Assembly (NCBI GenBank): GCA_048498795.1
Contig: JBEHXH010000013.1
Span: 24,717-88,716 of the forward strand
From: Verrucomicrobiota bacterium
GTDB lineage: Bacteria; Verrucomicrobiota; Verrucomicrobiia; Opitutales; Opitutaceae
Length of the DNA: 64,000 nt
Reading direction: 5' to 3'
The notes beneath the pieces are model-generated. The model had not been told where the DNA came from. It searched no databases and saw nothing but the letters and a program-made list of their open reading frames with translations. The number at the start of each line of letters is the position of its first letter. Positions within the stretch are counted from its first letter, which is position 1. A program made the translations under genes and the position numbers. Positions 19,009 to 30,494 of this stretch are shown here, piece after piece.

Positions 19009-21138
19009 TCAGTTTTCGCCGACGTGACGAGCAGGCGGCTCCGTGTTGGAGTGCGGTTCAGGCGGTGAGTCGGCCGAGGCGGTATCGATGGCGACGGTGG
19101 TTTCCTTCGGAGGAGCGTCGATGGCAGCGAGCGTGTCTGCGTCGAAGAGGAAAACCGAATCGAACTCATCGATGCGGCCATCGCGAAAGACGACACTGCG
19201 ATTGGCGCGGATTAGGGTATTCCAGCGCGGACTGATTTTGTAGCTACGGCGCTCCGCACGAGAGAGGCAGACAAAGCGGGTGCCGAGGCTGGGCAGCAGC
19301 GAAAGGTCGCAGCGCTCGTAGATGCGGCGGATGGTTTCTGTGCGCTCGTCCTGGCGGTAGGGATTGGTCAGCGCATAGATACCAGCGAGCGTAGGGCGAC
19401 CGGCGAGCGGCGTGACGAAGTGAATCGTGTTGTCGGCGGAGGTAAGCACGACGTCGTGGCGGCCGGCGTGAGTCTTGAGCCACGCGGCGGCGCTGCGGCC
19501 GTGCGTTTGGAAGAGCAGGACTTTGCCGTCGGGCAAGGTCACGATGTCGCGATAAAACTCATACACGTGCGGTGCAACACAGAGGACGAAGAAGAACGTC
19601 CACAGGCCCCGCGATATGAAGGCGAGCCGCGTGCGTCGCCACTGAGCGGCGCCGAGGGTGATGACGAGGGCGAGGCCGAGATTGAGGAAGAGGACGAACT
19701 TGTTGCTGTCGCCCCAGTCGAAGGCGTAGCGGTAGAAATTGATCAGGATGAAAAAGGCCATGCACGCAGCGAAGTACGGCCACCAGCGCGCGAGAAACCG
19801 CCGCACCATCGCCGCGCCAGGGTGCAGGCGCGCGAAAGCAAGGCCCGCGAGCAGAGAGCCCCACACGAGGAAGTCGCCATCGACAAGCACCCAGAACAAG
19901 GCGCGGCGGACGAGCCGGGGGAGCCCAATCAGTTCCTGAGCGGGTAACAAATGGATCGAGGCCCACGAATCGAAGTCGACATTTTCGGGCGGACCATAGG
20001 CAAGCAGGTAGAGCAGTTGAAGAATGCCGAGAGCGATGAAAGGCGACCACCAACGCCAGTGACGCAGCAGGAAAGCGCGGTGTATCCAAAAAATGGGGAC
20101 AAGCGCGAGACCGAGCACGGCGAAGCCGACGATGTGGGAAAACGGCAGCAGGCCGATCAGGATTAGCGCCTGCAACAGGCGCACGGGGCGGGCGGCTGTT
20201 TCCCGAGCCGAGCCCTCGCGCTCGCCGAAGGCGAAGACGGCACTGAGTATGAGCAGGATGACAGGCAGTGAAAAGAGCAGGCCGCGCTGGGGTTCGATGA
20301 GGTTGGAGAGCGTGGCTTCAAAATTATAGAACGGAAACGCGAGCAGGCCGTCGAAGGGTTTCGCGGGATTGAAGAACGCCGGACGGAAGACCGCGTAGTG
20401 GGCGAGGTTGACGAGCGCGGTGTTGAGAAAAAGGAAGAGCAGCGCGGCGAGAAAGATCCACGCGCGCGGCAGACGCACGCACCGCTCGAAGACCGCCCAC
20501 ACCGCGCCGATCATTGCTCCGGCTCCGAGGAGATTGAGGAGGAAGAGAGCCCGAAGCGGGGAGAGACCGAGCCGGTAGAGGTGAGCGACGTAGAAATCCG
20601 CGAGGAAGTGGTACTTCAACGGGAACGGCGCCATATCGAGATCGGTCGGCGGGAAGCCGCTCGACGTGAGAAACGCGTTGGCGACGGAGAGATGAAACGG
20701 TGTGTCGATGAAGTTGAAATTGCACCACACCTGTCCGTCGATCCGCTCGAGGCTCCACGCGAAACGTGCGAGCACGAACACGCTCAGGGCGAGAAACCAG
20801 AAGTTCCAGCGGCGAACGGAGAGGGCGCTGCGTGAGATGTGCCACCAGAGCACCGCAAGTGGTGAGTTTTCGCCTGGCCGGCGATAACGTGCGAGTGCGA
20901 CGACTGAGGACAGAAGCGCGAGCCACGTCGCACCGAGATAATCGCGGCCCCAGCCGAGTGCGACGTACAGAAAGAAGTCGACCCAGTTAACGAGAAACAG
21001 CGTGAGCCCAAGCGCCGTGAGGTAACGGGGCAGGCCGCGGAGCTGCTCAAGCAACGCGACGCGGCGCTGAAGCAGCCCAGCCAGCAGGGCGACAAGGGTC
21101 AGGTGAACAAACGCGAACATGGGGCCGGACGCGTCCAA
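19009..21138 (-). CDS. large polytopic integral membrane protein (≥12 predicted TM helices; possibly a GT-C-type glycosyltransferase), function unknown
   Basis: 709 aa dominated by hydrophobic helices, with a hydrophilic ~150-aa C-terminal tail. No diagnostic motif recognised. Confidence 0.4.
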   Translation of the reverse strand: MDASGPMFAFVHLTLVALLAGLLQRRVALLEQLRGLPRYLTALGLTLFLVNWVDFFLYVALGWGRDYLGATWLALLSSVVALARYRRPGENSPLAVLWWHISRSALSVRRWNFWFLALSVFVLARFAWSLERIDGQVWCNFNFIDTPFHLSVANAFLTSSGFPPTDLDMAPFPLKYHFLADFYVAHLYRLGLSPLRALFLLNLLGAGAMIGAVWAVFERCVRLPRAWIFLAALLFLFLNTALVNLAHYAVFRPAFFNPAKPFDGLLAFPFYNFEATLSNLIEPQRGLLFSLPVILLILSAVFAFGEREGSARETAARPVRLLQALILIGLLPFSHIVGFAVLGLALVPIFWIHRAFLLRHWRWWSPFIALGILQLLYLLAYGPPENVDFDSWASIHLLPAQELIGLPRLVRRALFWVLVDGDFLVWGSLLAGLAFARLHPGAAMVRRFLARWWPYFAACMAFFILINFYRYAFDWGDSNKFVLFLNLGLALVITLGAAQWRRTRLAFISRGLWTFFFVLCVAPHVYEFYRDIVTLPDGKVLLFQTHGRSAAAWLKTHAGRHDVVLTSADNTIHFVTPLAGRPTLAGIYALTNPYRQDERTETIRRIYERCDLSLLPSLGTRFVCLSRAERRSYKISPRWNTLIRANRSVVFRDGRIDEFDSVFLFDADTLAAIDAPPKETTVAIDTASADSPPEPHSNTEPPARHVGEN

Positions 21139-21365
21139 TGAAGGCGGTTCCGAGCCCGAAGGCTAGATGCAAATAAGATACCGATGCTTTTTGGCGGAGT
21201 TTTCGGAGGAAGCGGAGAGAGGAAAAAGAAGTACCAAGCTCCAACCTCCAAGCGCCAGTGAAACCCCAAGGGCTAAAGCCCCAAAGAGGATGCTTCAGGA
21301 ATTGAAGGTTGGAAATTGGGGCTTCTCTGGAGCTTGGAGGTTGGTGCTTGGTGCTTTCGCAAGTG

Positions 21366-22535
21366 TTATTGGAAGCACTCCAAGTATTTCAGCCCCGTGC
21401 TTGTATTGAAGAGCACGACCGACTCCTCGGGGCGTACCGTGCCATCGGCGAGCAGGTCTTTCAGGGCGGCGTAGCAGGCGCCGCCTTCTGGAGCGGGGAA
21501 GATGCCTTCGGCGGCGCCGACTTCGCGGACCGCAGTGAGCATCGCTTCGTCGGAGACGGCGATGGCGCCGCCGTGCGACGTGCGGAGCGCTTCGAGCATG
21601 ATGAAATCGCCGACGGCCTTGGGCACGCGCAGGCCACTCGCGCGGGTGTGCGCGCCGAGATGCTCCGCGGCGAATTTCTCACCGCTGGTGAACGCGCGGA
21701 CGATTGGTTGGCAGCCGGTGGCTTGCACGGTGAACATGCGCGGGCGCTTCGTGCCGACGGGGAGCAGGCCAAGCTTTTCGAGCTCGTCGAAAGCCTTCCA
21801 CATGCCGATGAGGCCGGTGCCCCCGCCGGTTGGGTAGAGGATCACGTCGGGCAATTTCCAGTCGAGCTGCTCGGCGAGTTCGTAGCCGAGCGTCTTCTTG
21901 CCCTCGGCGCGATAGGGCTCCTTCAGCGTCGAGACATCGAACCAGCCTTCGGCGGTCTTGCGTTTCGCGACTTCGGCGCCGCAGTCGGTGATGAGACCGT
22001 CGATGAGTGTGACGTGTGCGCCCATCTGCTCGCACTCGATGACGTTGGCGCGGGGCGTGTCGCGCGGCATGAAGATATGCGCTTCCATCCCAGCGCGCGC
22101 GGCGTAGGCGGCGAGCGCACCGGCGGCGTTGCCCGCGGAGGGGACGGCGAGTTTTTTCAGGCCAAACTGTTTCGCCATCGAGACCGCGGTGGTCATGCCG
22201 CGGGCTTTGAAACTGCCGGTGGGATTCTGTGCTTCGTCCTTGATGTAGAGCGCACGCATTCCGTGTTTCGCTCCGAGGCGCGGCGCGTCGAACAGCGGCG
22301 TGCAGCCTTCACCGAGCGTGACGATGTCAGCGTCGTCGCGCACGGGCAGCACCTCGCGGTAGCGCCAGAGGTTCTTCGCGCGCGTGCGCAGCGACTCCTT
22401 GGTCAGCGTGCGCGCGGCAGTGGCGAGATCGTAGTGCGCGAAGAGCGGCTTACCGCAGCAGGCGCTGACGTTTTGCGGGACTTTGGCGTCGTGCTCACGA
22501 CCGCAGAGGGTGCAGGCGAGATGAGTGAGGTGCAT
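21366..22535 (-). CDS. thrC: threonine synthase (PLP-dependent, fold type II)
   Basis: N-terminal Zn-ribbon-like CxxC...CC, the PLP-lysine motif TGSFKARGM, the Gly-rich loop YPTGGGTGLIGMWKAF, and 389 aa typical of short-form ThrC. Confidence 0.8.
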   Translation of the reverse strand: MHLTHLACTLCGREHDAKVPQNVSACCGKPLFAHYDLATAARTLTKESLRTRAKNLWRYREVLPVRDDADIVTLGEGCTPLFDAPRLGAKHGMRALYIKDEAQNPTGSFKARGMTTAVSMAKQFGLKKLAVPSAGNAAGALAAYAARAGMEAHIFMPRDTPRANVIECEQMGAHVTLIDGLITDCGAEVAKRKTAEGWFDVSTLKEPYRAEGKKTLGYELAEQLDWKLPDVILYPTGGGTGLIGMWKAFDELEKLGLLPVGTKRPRMFTVQATGCQPIVRAFTSGEKFAAEHLGAHTRASGLRVPKAVGDFIMLEALRTSHGGAIAVSDEAMLTAVREVGAAEGIFPAPEGGACYAALKDLLADGTVRPEESVVLFNTSTGLKYLECFQ

Positions 22536-22583
22536 CGCGGAGAAGGGAGTTTGGCCGCGAACTGCGCGAAGGACACGAAAAAC

Positions 22584-23267
22584 TCACTCGGTAAACCGGT
22601 AGCCGATGCCAGACTCGGTTTTGATGAACGCGGCCGCGCCGGGCGGCTCGAGTTTCTTGCGCAGGTTGGCCATGTGGACGCGCACGTAGTGGGTGTCGTG
22701 TTCGTGGGCGGGGCCCCACACTTCGCGCAGGAGCTGGCGATGCGTGACGACTTTGCCGCGATGCTGGAGCAGAAGACGCAGCAGCGCGTACTCCTTGGCC
22801 GTGAGATGGAGATCGACGCCGGCGCGCGTGACGGTGCGCTTCGTGAAATCGACCTCCGTGTCACCGAAGCGAATGCTGGCGGCCTCGCCGGGAGATTGGG
22901 CGCGCCGGAGGAGCACGCGCATGCGGGCGAGCAGTTCGCCACTGCCGAAAGGCTTTGTGAGATAGTCGTCGGCGCCGGCGTCGAGGGCAGCGATCTTGTC
23001 GGCTTCGCCTCCACGTACGGAGAGAATCAGCACGGGGAGCTGGCTCCACTCGCGGAGACGGCGGAGGACATCGAGACCCGAGATGTCGGGCAGGCTGAGA
23101 TCGAGGATCACAGCATCGGGCCGGCGCACGGCGGCGTCATTGAGTCCCAGGTTGCCGGACTCAGCCTCGCGCACTCGATAGCCGGCGGCCTCCAGCACCA
23201 CCCGTAGGAGGCGACGGATCTGCACCTCGTCATCGATCACGAGAATGTCGGGCGCGAGGGCGGTCAT
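22584..23267 (-). CDS. kdpE: two-component response regulator KdpE (OmpR family)
   Basis: Receiver domain (ILVIDDE...DAVILDLSLPDISG...ADDYLTKPF) plus a winged-helix output domain (GIGYRF). There is a 4-nt overlap with kdpD upstream. Confidence 0.85.
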   Translation of the reverse strand: MTALAPDILVIDDEVQIRRLLRVVLEAAGYRVREAESGNLGLNDAAVRRPDAVILDLSLPDISGLDVLRRLREWSQLPVLILSVRGGEADKIAALDAGADDYLTKPFGSGELLARMRVLLRRAQSPGEAASIRFGDTEVDFTKRTVTRAGVDLHLTAKEYALLRLLLQHRGKVVTHRQLLREVWGPAHEHDTHYVRVHMANLRKKLEPPGAAAFIKTESGIGYRFTE

Positions 23268-25942
23268 TCGGCGGGGACGTTACCGTGCGGGGTGTGGGGG
23301 AGGTAAACGGTAAAAACCGCGCCGCCGCCCGGATTCTCGCCCACGACGATCTCGCCACCTTGCGCGACGACGAAGCCGCGCACGATCGACAGGCCGAGGC
23401 CGAGCCCGCCGGCGCGAGCGGCGTCGCCGCGCTGGAATTTTTGAAACAAGCGCTCGCGCATCTCCGACGGAAAACCCGGACCGCGGTCGGCCACGGTGAA
23501 AAATACCCGAGCGCGCGCAGGCTCGTGGCCGACAACGAGGAAGATCGGCGTGGCCGCGGGCGTGTGCAGGGCGGCGTTGAGCAGCAGATTGGCGATGACC
23601 TGCTCCATGAGTGCCGCGTCGGCGCGAAACAGGGGGAGATCGGCCGGGACGTCGCTCTCGAACGGATGCCCCGCGAGCGATTCGCGGACACTCTCGACGG
23701 CGGCGGAGACCAGGTCGTGCGCATCGCACCAATCGAGTCGCGGTTGAAGCGCGCCGGACTCGAGCCGCGTTTGATCGAGAAGATTGTCGACGAGCCGAGC
23801 GAGACGGTTGGAGGCGGTGCGACTCTCGGCGATGAGATGACTCCGCGTTACCTCATCAGACGAGCCAAGGCTTTCGAGTGCGCCGCGCAGGACGGCGAGG
23901 GGTGTCTTCAGCTCGTGCGAGACCGCGTCGAGCAAGGCGCGATGGAGTTTTTCGGACTCGGCGAGCAGTTTCTCGCGCTCGCCGGCGGCGCGCAGGTGCT
24001 CGCGCTCGACGATGAGGGCGAGCTGGGCGGCGAAGCTCTCCACGAGATCACGCTGCGCGAGGGTGAGGGTGATGTCGGCAGGTACGCGGACGGCGAGGAC
24101 GCCGACGGCGGCATCCTCCGCGACGAGCGGAACGTGAAAAGCCTGCGCGGACGGCAGCGTGTCGGTGAAGCGGCCGGCTTTCTTACGATTGCGCCACGCC
24201 CAGTCGGCGACGGCGCGCTCCTTGTCGTCGATCGAGAGCGACCCCGCGAAGTGCGGAGTGAGCTGTCCCGCCGCATCGCCGAGGAGAAGCGCGGTCTGCG
24301 CGCCGAAGACGCGGTCGGCTTGCCGCAAGGCGGCGAACACAGCGTCGTCGAGCGTGCGTGCCGGGCCGATAGCTTGGGTGAGGTGGAGCAGGGCGGTGGC
24401 TCGCTCCTCGCGCAGCCGCTCATGGCGCTCTTGCGCGCGGATGCGAGCGGTAAGCTGTCCCGACATCAGCGCGACCACGATGTAGGTGCCGAACATCAGG
24501 CCGTCCTCCAGCTTCGCGATGACGAAGGTGAAGATCGGCGGGATGAAGAGGAAATTCCATGTCAGTGCGCTGAGCACTCCGGCGGCGAGGACCGGGCCGC
24601 GACCGACCCGCAGGCTCAGCGCGATCACGGCGAGCAGATAGATGAAGCCGATGGAGAGATAGCCCGTTAATGGGACGAGGAACCAACTGACAATCGTGAG
24701 CAACGCGAGGACCGCGGCGGCCTCGCCGTACTCCTGCGCGGGCGAAGGCTCAGCCGGTAGCCAGTTGAGCCAAGGCGACGGTTGACCGGCAGCGCGCTCG
24801 GCGGGCACGACATAGATGTCGATGGGGCCGCTGCGACGGAGGAGCTGGTCGACGAGATTGCCGCCAGTGACCAGGTCGAGCCAGCGGGAGCGGCGCGATT
24901 TGCCGACGACGATCTGGGTGGCATTGCGCTGCAGGGCGACGCGCACGAGGGCTTCGGCGACATCCTCGTCGCGCGTGACGACGATCTCGGCGCCGAGCTC
25001 GCGAGCGAGAGCGAGATTCTGCTCCAGACGGCGAGCAGCCTCGGCATCGAGGGCACGGGACGACTCCACGCTGACGGCGATCCAGGCGGCGCCCTGCGCG
25101 GCAGCCATGCGGCGCGTCCAGCGGACGAGTTGCAGAGACGTGGGGCTCGGGCCGACGGCGACGAGCAGACGCTCGCCGCTGCGCCACACTGTGCGCGCGG
25201 GACCGGAAGCACGCAGCTCGCGCAGGCGCTGGTCGACCCGCTCGGCGACGAAGCGCAGGGCGAGTTCCCGCAGGGCAGTGAGGTGCGTGTCCTTGAAGAA
25301 ATTCTCGGCCGCGAGGGCGGCGCGCTCGCCGAGATAGACTTTCCCCTCGGCCAGCCGCTCGCGGAGCGCTTCGGGGGGCAAGTCGATCAGCTCGATCTGA
25401 TCGGCAAGATCGAGGACCGAGTCAGGCACGGTCTCCTGCACCGTGATGCCGGTGATCTGCCGCACGGCGTCGGCGCGGCTCTCGACGTGCTGGACGTTGA
25501 GCGTGGTGTAGACGTCGATACCCGCATCGAGAAGTTCGATCACATCCTGATAACGCTTCGGATGACGCGAGCCGGGGGCGTTGGTGTGCGCGAACTCGTC
25601 CATGAGGATCAGGCGCGGACGGCGTTGGAGTGCGGCCTCGAGGTCAAACTCGGTGAGCGTGATACCCTGATGTTGGAAGGTGTGCCGGGGTAACGTCGGC
25701 AGGCCGGTGAGCAACGCCTCGGTTTCAGCCCGACGATGGGTTTCGACCACACCGACGACCAGATCGACGCCCTCCCGCAGCTCCTGCTGGGCGGCGCGCA
25801 GCATCGAGTAGGTTTTGCCCACACCGGGGCACATGCCAAAAAACACCTTGAGCCGGCCACGCTGCGCGCGGGCCGCCCCGCGTTGCAGGGCGGCGAGCAG
25901 GGCGTCGGGATCGGGACGCAGATCGACCAACGGCTCAGGCAC
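23264..25942 (-). CDS. kdpD: sensor histidine kinase KdpD
   Basis: N-terminal KdpD domain with Walker A (FFGMCPGVGKTYSM), a Usp-like domain, 4 TM helices, a GAF-like segment, an H-box (SHELKTPLAVL) and an ATPase N/G boxes (NLLLNAALHT, DRGPGFP...GLGLGLSIV). 892 aa. Confidence 0.9.
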   Translation of the reverse strand: MPEPLVDLRPDPDALLAALQRGAARAQRGRLKVFFGMCPGVGKTYSMLRAAQQELREGVDLVVGVVETHRRAETEALLTGLPTLPRHTFQHQGITLTEFDLEAALQRRPRLILMDEFAHTNAPGSRHPKRYQDVIELLDAGIDVYTTLNVQHVESRADAVRQITGITVQETVPDSVLDLADQIELIDLPPEALRERLAEGKVYLGERAALAAENFFKDTHLTALRELALRFVAERVDQRLRELRASGPARTVWRSGERLLVAVGPSPTSLQLVRWTRRMAAAQGAAWIAVSVESSRALDAEAARRLEQNLALARELGAEIVVTRDEDVAEALVRVALQRNATQIVVGKSRRSRWLDLVTGGNLVDQLLRRSGPIDIYVVPAERAAGQPSPWLNWLPAEPSPAQEYGEAAAVLALLTIVSWFLVPLTGYLSIGFIYLLAVIALSLRVGRGPVLAAGVLSALTWNFLFIPPIFTFVIAKLEDGLMFGTYIVVALMSGQLTARIRAQERHERLREERATALLHLTQAIGPARTLDDAVFAALRQADRVFGAQTALLLGDAAGQLTPHFAGSLSIDDKERAVADWAWRNRKKAGRFTDTLPSAQAFHVPLVAEDAAVGVLAVRVPADITLTLAQRDLVESFAAQLALIVEREHLRAAGEREKLLAESEKLHRALLDAVSHELKTPLAVLRGALESLGSSDEVTRSHLIAESRTASNRLARLVDNLLDQTRLESGALQPRLDWCDAHDLVSAAVESVRESLAGHPFESDVPADLPLFRADAALMEQVIANLLLNAALHTPAATPIFLVVGHEPARARVFFTVADRGPGFPSEMRERLFQKFQRGDAARAGGLGLGLSIVRGFVVAQGGEIVVGENPGGGAVFTVYLPHTPHGNVPAE

Positions 25943-26000
25943 GGCGACGATAAATCATGATTGGTCCGCGATGGACACGGTGAAATGAGCGCGGTGGAAC

Positions 26001-26585
26001 TCAGTGCGCGGCATCGAGCGCGAGATTGAGCAGCAGGACGTTTACGCGCGGCTCGCCGAGCGCGGAGAGATCGCGGGCTTCGGTGTGGGCGGCGACGAGT
26101 GAGTGGACCTTGGTGGGCGGAAGGTGGCGGGCGGCGGCGACGCGGGCGGATTGAAGCTCAGCATTGGCGAGGCTGATGTGCGGATCGAGTCCACTGCCGG
26201 AGGATGTGACGGCATCGGCGGGCACGGCAGCGTCGGGTGCGAGCCTGTTCTCGGCGCGATACGCAGCGATGGCGGCGGCGATCGAGTCAGCGAGCTTTTT
26301 CGAAGTAGGGCCGAGGTTGGTGCCGGAAGAGTTGGCGGCATCGTAGCCGGTGCCGGCGGCAGACGGACGCGGATGGAAGTATTTCTCGCTCGCGAAATTC
26401 TGCGCGAGCAAGGCGGAGCCGCGCACAGTGCCGGTGGCGTCGGTGACGAGCGAGCCATCGGCCTTGGCCTTGAAGAAGAGCTGACCGCCCGCGTATACGG
26501 CGAGTGGATACACGCCGCAGAGCAGCAACGCGAATACGCTGGTGACGAGTACGGACGTTTTGAGCTCGGTGAAGAGAGTTTTCAT
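26001..26585 (-). CDS. kdpC: potassium-transporting ATPase subunit KdpC
   Basis: 194 aa with an N-terminal TM segment; the C-terminal ...SGSGLDPHIS... is the KdpC signature. Confidence 0.85.
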   Translation of the reverse strand: MKTLFTELKTSVLVTSVFALLLCGVYPLAVYAGGQLFFKAKADGSLVTDATGTVRGSALLAQNFASEKYFHPRPSAAGTGYDAANSSGTNLGPTSKKLADSIAAAIAAYRAENRLAPDAAVPADAVTSSGSGLDPHISLANAELQSARVAAARHLPPTKVHSLVAAHTEARDLSALGEPRVNVLLLNLALDAAH

Positions 26586-26596
26586 GGCGGGATTAT

Positions 26597-28639
26597 TCAG
26601 ACGAGGTGCAGGGCGTTGATGAGGACGTCGATGAGTTTGATACCGACGAACGGCACGACGATGCCACCGAGGCCGTAAATGATGAGATTGCGGCGCAGCA
26701 TCGCGGTGGCGCCAATGGGGCGGTAAGCGACGCCCTTCAGCGCGAGCGGGATGAGCGCGATGATGATGAGGGCGTTGAAGATCACGGCGCTAAGGATCGC
26801 GCTCAGCGGTGAGGCGAGGTGCATGACATTGAGCGGAGCGATGGCGGGGAAAGCGCCGACGAGCATCGCGGGGATGATCGCGAAATACTTCGCGACGTCG
26901 TTGGCGATGGAGAACGTGGTGAGCGCGCCGCGCGTGATGAGCATCTGCTTCCCGATGGCGACGATCTCGAGGAGCTTCGTGGGATTGGAGTCGAGATCGA
27001 CCATGTTGCCTGCCTCCTTGGCGGCCTGCGTGCCGGTGTTCATCGCTACGCCGACGTCGGCTTGGGCGAGAGCGGGTGCATCGTTGGTGCCGTCGCCCGT
27101 CATGGCCACGAGATGCCCCTTGGCCTGCTCCTCGCGGATGCGGGCGAGCTTCATCTCGGGCGTGGCCTGGGCGAGGAAATCGTCGACGCCCGCCTCGGCG
27201 GCGATCGCGGCGGCGGTGAGGGGATTGTCGCCGGTGATCATCACGGTGCGGATGCCCATCGCGCGGAGCTGGGCGAAACGCTCCTTGATGCCGCCCTTCA
27301 CGACATCCTTAAGGAAGATCACGCCGAGCACTTCGCGACCCTCGGCGACCACGAGCGGCGTGCCGCCGGAGCGCGAGATGTGTTCGACCGACTCGGTGAC
27401 CGCGGCGGGAAAGGCACCGCCTTGCGTCTCGACCCACGCGCGGATGCTGGCGGCCGCGCCCTTGCGAATGGAGCGCGCGGGCGCAGTGGACGTAGCGGTG
27501 AAATCGAGACCGCTCATGCGCGTCTGCGCGGTGAACGGCACGAACGTGTGCGGCGAGCCAGCGAGATCGCGGGCGCGCAGATTGAACTTTTCCTTCGCGA
27601 GCACGACGATGCTGCGACCCTCGGGCGTCTCGTCGGCGAGCGAGGAGAGCTGAGCCGCGTCGGCCAGACGCGCGGGAGTGACGCCGGGCGCGGTGACGAA
27701 GTCGGCGGCTTGGCGATTGCCCAGTGTGATCGTGCCCGTCTTGTCGAGCAGCAACACATCGATGTCGCCGGCGGCCTCGACCGCGCGACCGGACATGGCG
27801 AGGACATTGCGCTGCAGCAAGCGGTCCATGCCGGCGATGCCGATGGCGCTGAGCAGGCCGCCGATCGTCGTGGGAATGAGACACACGAGCAGCGCGATCA
27901 ACGTGGTGATCGAGAACGCGACGTTCGAGTACGTGCCGAACGGTTTCAGCGCGATGATCACGAGCAGGAAGATCACGGTGAGCGCGGACAGCAGGATCGT
28001 GAGCGCGAGCTCGTTGGGCGTCTTTTGGCGCGATGCACCCTCGACGAGGCTGATCATATGATCGAGGAAGCCCTCGCCGGGATTGGCGGTGATGCGGATG
28101 ACGAGCGCATCGGAGAGGATCGTGGTGCCGCCGGTGACGGCGCTGCGGTCGCCGCCGGCCTCGCGGATGACGGGAGCGGATTCGCCGGTGATGGCGGATT
28201 CGTCGACGGACGCGGCGCCCTCGACCACCTCGCCATCGCCGGGAATCTGTTGACCCGCAGTGACGACGACGATGTCCCCCTGACGGAGCAATGAGGCGTC
28301 GACGGACTCAAGTGCGCCGTGCTTGTTGCGGCGCTGCGCGACGAGCTGCTTGCGCGAGGCGCGCAGCGCGCGGGCTTGGGCCTTACCACGGCCCTCGGCG
28401 ACGGACTCCGCGAAGTTGGCAAAGACGACGGTGAACAGCAGCCACAGCGCGACCTGCAGCACGTAGGGAAACGGGTCGTGCGAGGTGAAGAGCTGCTCGA
28501 AGCTCAACGCGGCACCGATGAGCGTGACGAACATCACCGGGTTCTTGAGCTGGGCGCGTGGGTCGAGCTTGCGGAACGCCGCCGAGATGGCGGGCAGCAA
28601 GATGGTGCGATCGGCGAGGGAGGCGGACTTGGTGCTCAT
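26597..28639 (-). CDS. kdpB: potassium-transporting P-type ATPase subunit KdpB
   Basis: The N-terminus [38 protein letters not shown] aligns with E. coli KdpB MSRKQLALFEPTLVV...NPVMFIV. P-type motifs DKTGTIT, TGDN and [16 protein letters not shown] are present. The longer ORF start at 28699 is rejected. Confidence 0.9.
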   Translation of the reverse strand: MSTKSASLADRTILLPAISAAFRKLDPRAQLKNPVMFVTLIGAALSFEQLFTSHDPFPYVLQVALWLLFTVVFANFAESVAEGRGKAQARALRASRKQLVAQRRNKHGALESVDASLLRQGDIVVVTAGQQIPGDGEVVEGAASVDESAITGESAPVIREAGGDRSAVTGGTTILSDALVIRITANPGEGFLDHMISLVEGASRQKTPNELALTILLSALTVIFLLVIIALKPFGTYSNVAFSITTLIALLVCLIPTTIGGLLSAIGIAGMDRLLQRNVLAMSGRAVEAAGDIDVLLLDKTGTITLGNRQAADFVTAPGVTPARLADAAQLSSLADETPEGRSIVVLAKEKFNLRARDLAGSPHTFVPFTAQTRMSGLDFTATSTAPARSIRKGAAASIRAWVETQGGAFPAAVTESVEHISRSGGTPLVVAEGREVLGVIFLKDVVKGGIKERFAQLRAMGIRTVMITGDNPLTAAAIAAEAGVDDFLAQATPEMKLARIREEQAKGHLVAMTGDGTNDAPALAQADVGVAMNTGTQAAKEAGNMVDLDSNPTKLLEIVAIGKQMLITRGALTTFSIANDVAKYFAIIPAMLVGAFPAIAPLNVMHLASPLSAILSAVIFNALIIIALIPLALKGVAYRPIGATAMLRRNLIIYGLGGIVVPFVGIKLIDVLINALHLV

Positions 28640-28679
28640 GATAGGCCGCGACGCGGCAGGCTGAGTCGGAAAATATTTC

Positions 28680-30494
28680 TTAGAACAAGGTGCCGGCATG
28701 CATCAGGTAGTGCTCGACGATCGGACCGATCGCCAAGGCCGGGAGAAATGTGAGCGCGCCGACAAGCAGCACCGTGCCGATGAGCAACACCACAAATGTC
28801 AGGCCCTCGGTGCGGAAGGTGCCCGCGCTCGCCGGCACGAGTTTTTTGCCCGCGAGATTTCCCGCGAGGGCGAGAATGGGCACGATCATCAGGAAGCGGC
28901 CGACGAGCATCGCGACGCCGAGCGTGACGTTGTAGTGCGGGTCGCCATTGCTCGGTGTGCAAGTGAGACCGGCAAAGGCGGAGCCGTTGTTGCCGACGGT
29001 CGAGCTGTAGGCGTAGAGGATTTCGGAGAAGCCGTGCGGGCCCGCGTTGTTGAGCCCGGCCTGACCCCAGTCGCTCACGGCGGCCCACGCGGTGCCGCAG
29101 AGGATCGTGGCCGCGAGCACCATGAGCACGAGCATGACGAGCTTCACATCGTAGGCCTCGATTTTTTTGCCGAGGTACTCGGGGGTGCGGCCGACCATCA
29201 GGCCGGCGATGAACACGGCGAGCACGACGAAAATCAGCATGCCGTAGAGCCCAGCGCCCACGCCGCCGAAAATGACCTCGCCGGTCTCGATATTGAAGAG
29301 CGGCACAAGTCCGCCGATGGGTGTGAACGAGTCGTGCATGGCGTTGACCGCACCGCACGAGGCATCGGTGGTGATGGTGGCGAACAACGCGGAGTTGAAG
29401 ATGCCGAAGCGCACCTCCTTGCCCTCCATGTTGCCGTCGGCTGCGGCGACCCCGAGCTTCTGGTGAATGGGATTACCCACGGCCTCGGCGCGCCAGCACA
29501 CGAGCGCGCCGGCGATGAAGAGGGCGAACATCGCACCCCAGACGGCCCAACCGTGGCGCTGGTTTTTCACCACGCGGCCGAGGTAGTACGTGAGCGCGCT
29601 CGGGATCGCGAAGATCGCGAGCATCTGCAGGAAATTCGACAACGGCGTGGGATTCTCGAACGGGTGCGCGGCGTTGGCGTTGACGTAACCGCCGCCATTG
29701 GTGCCGAGCATTTTGATCGCGACCTGCGAAGCGATGGGGCCCTGCACGATGGTCTGCGTGTCGATGACTTTATCGACCATCACGGGCGTCTTGCCATCGG
29801 CGGCGAGCACGGGCTGGCCTTTGGCGTCGGTCTTCGGAACCTGGCTGGTGTAGGGCTCCAGTGTCTTTGCGGAAGTATAGGGCTGGAAGTTTTGAATCAT
29901 GCCCTGCGACACCAGCACGAGCGCGAACACGAGACTGAACGGCGTGAGCACGTAGTAGGTGACGCGCACGAGGTCCGCCCAGAAATTGCCGACCGTCTTC
30001 GCGGTGTGGCGCGCGATGCCACGCACGAGCGCGGCGGCGATGGCGATGCCCACGGCGGCGGACGTGAAGTTGTGGATGGTCAGCGCGACCATCTGCGAGA
30101 AATACGACATCGTCGCTTCGCCACCGTAGCTCTGCCAGTTGGTGTTGGTGGTGAAACTGACCGCGGTGTTAAACGCCAGCGCGGGTGCGAGGCCGGGCAG
30201 GTTTTGCGGATTGAGCGGCAGCAAGTCCTGAAAACGCAGGATGCAGTACGTGAACAGCAGGCCCACGACGCTGAATGTCAGCATCGAGCACGCGTAGCCG
30301 AACCAGCTCTGCTCCTGTGCGGGATCGATGCCGCAGAGCCAGTAGGTCGCGCGCTCGATGGGACGAATCATGGGATCGAGCCACGTGCGGCCGCGCTCGA
30401 GCACGCGGACGAGATAAAGCCCGAGTGGCTTGGTGACGAGCAGCAGCGCGCCGACGAAGAGAACGAGCTGGAGCCAGGAATTCGGGGAGTTCAT
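28680..30494 (-). CDS. kdpA: potassium-transporting ATPase subunit KdpA
   Basis: 604 aa with 10-12 TM helices. The N-terminus [28 protein letters not shown] and the selectivity-filter-like GTNGGG segments indicate KdpA. Confidence 0.9.
   Translation of the reverse strand: MNSPNSWLQLVLFVGALLLVTKPLGLYLVRVLERGRTWLDPMIRPIERATYWLCGIDPAQEQSWFGYACSMLTFSVVGLLFTYCILRFQDLLPLNPQNLPGLAPALAFNTAVSFTTNTNWQSYGGEATMSYFSQMVALTIHNFTSAAVGIAIAAALVRGIARHTAKTVGNFWADLVRVTYYVLTPFSLVFALVLVSQGMIQNFQPYTSAKTLEPYTSQVPKTDAKGQPVLAADGKTPVMVDKVIDTQTIVQGPIASQVAIKMLGTNGGGYVNANAAHPFENPTPLSNFLQMLAIFAIPSALTYYLGRVVKNQRHGWAVWGAMFALFIAGALVCWRAEAVGNPIHQKLGVAAADGNMEGKEVRFGIFNSALFATITTDASCGAVNAMHDSFTPIGGLVPLFNIETGEVIFGGVGAGLYGMLIFVVLAVFIAGLMVGRTPEYLGKKIEAYDVKLVMLVLMVLAATILCGTAWAAVSDWGQAGLNNAGPHGFSEILYAYSSTVGNNGSAFAGLTCTPSNGDPHYNVTLGVAMLVGRFLMIVPILALAGNLAGKKLVPASAGTFRTEGLTFVVLLIGTVLLVGALTFLPALAIGPIVEHYLMHAGTLF

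Noticed and set aside
17672-19027. 451-aa plus-strand ORF
   Set aside because: Antisense to the pectinesterase-like gene.
21309-23207. 632-aa plus-strand ORF
   Set aside because: Antisense to thrC and kdpE, both of which have clear motifs on the minus strand.
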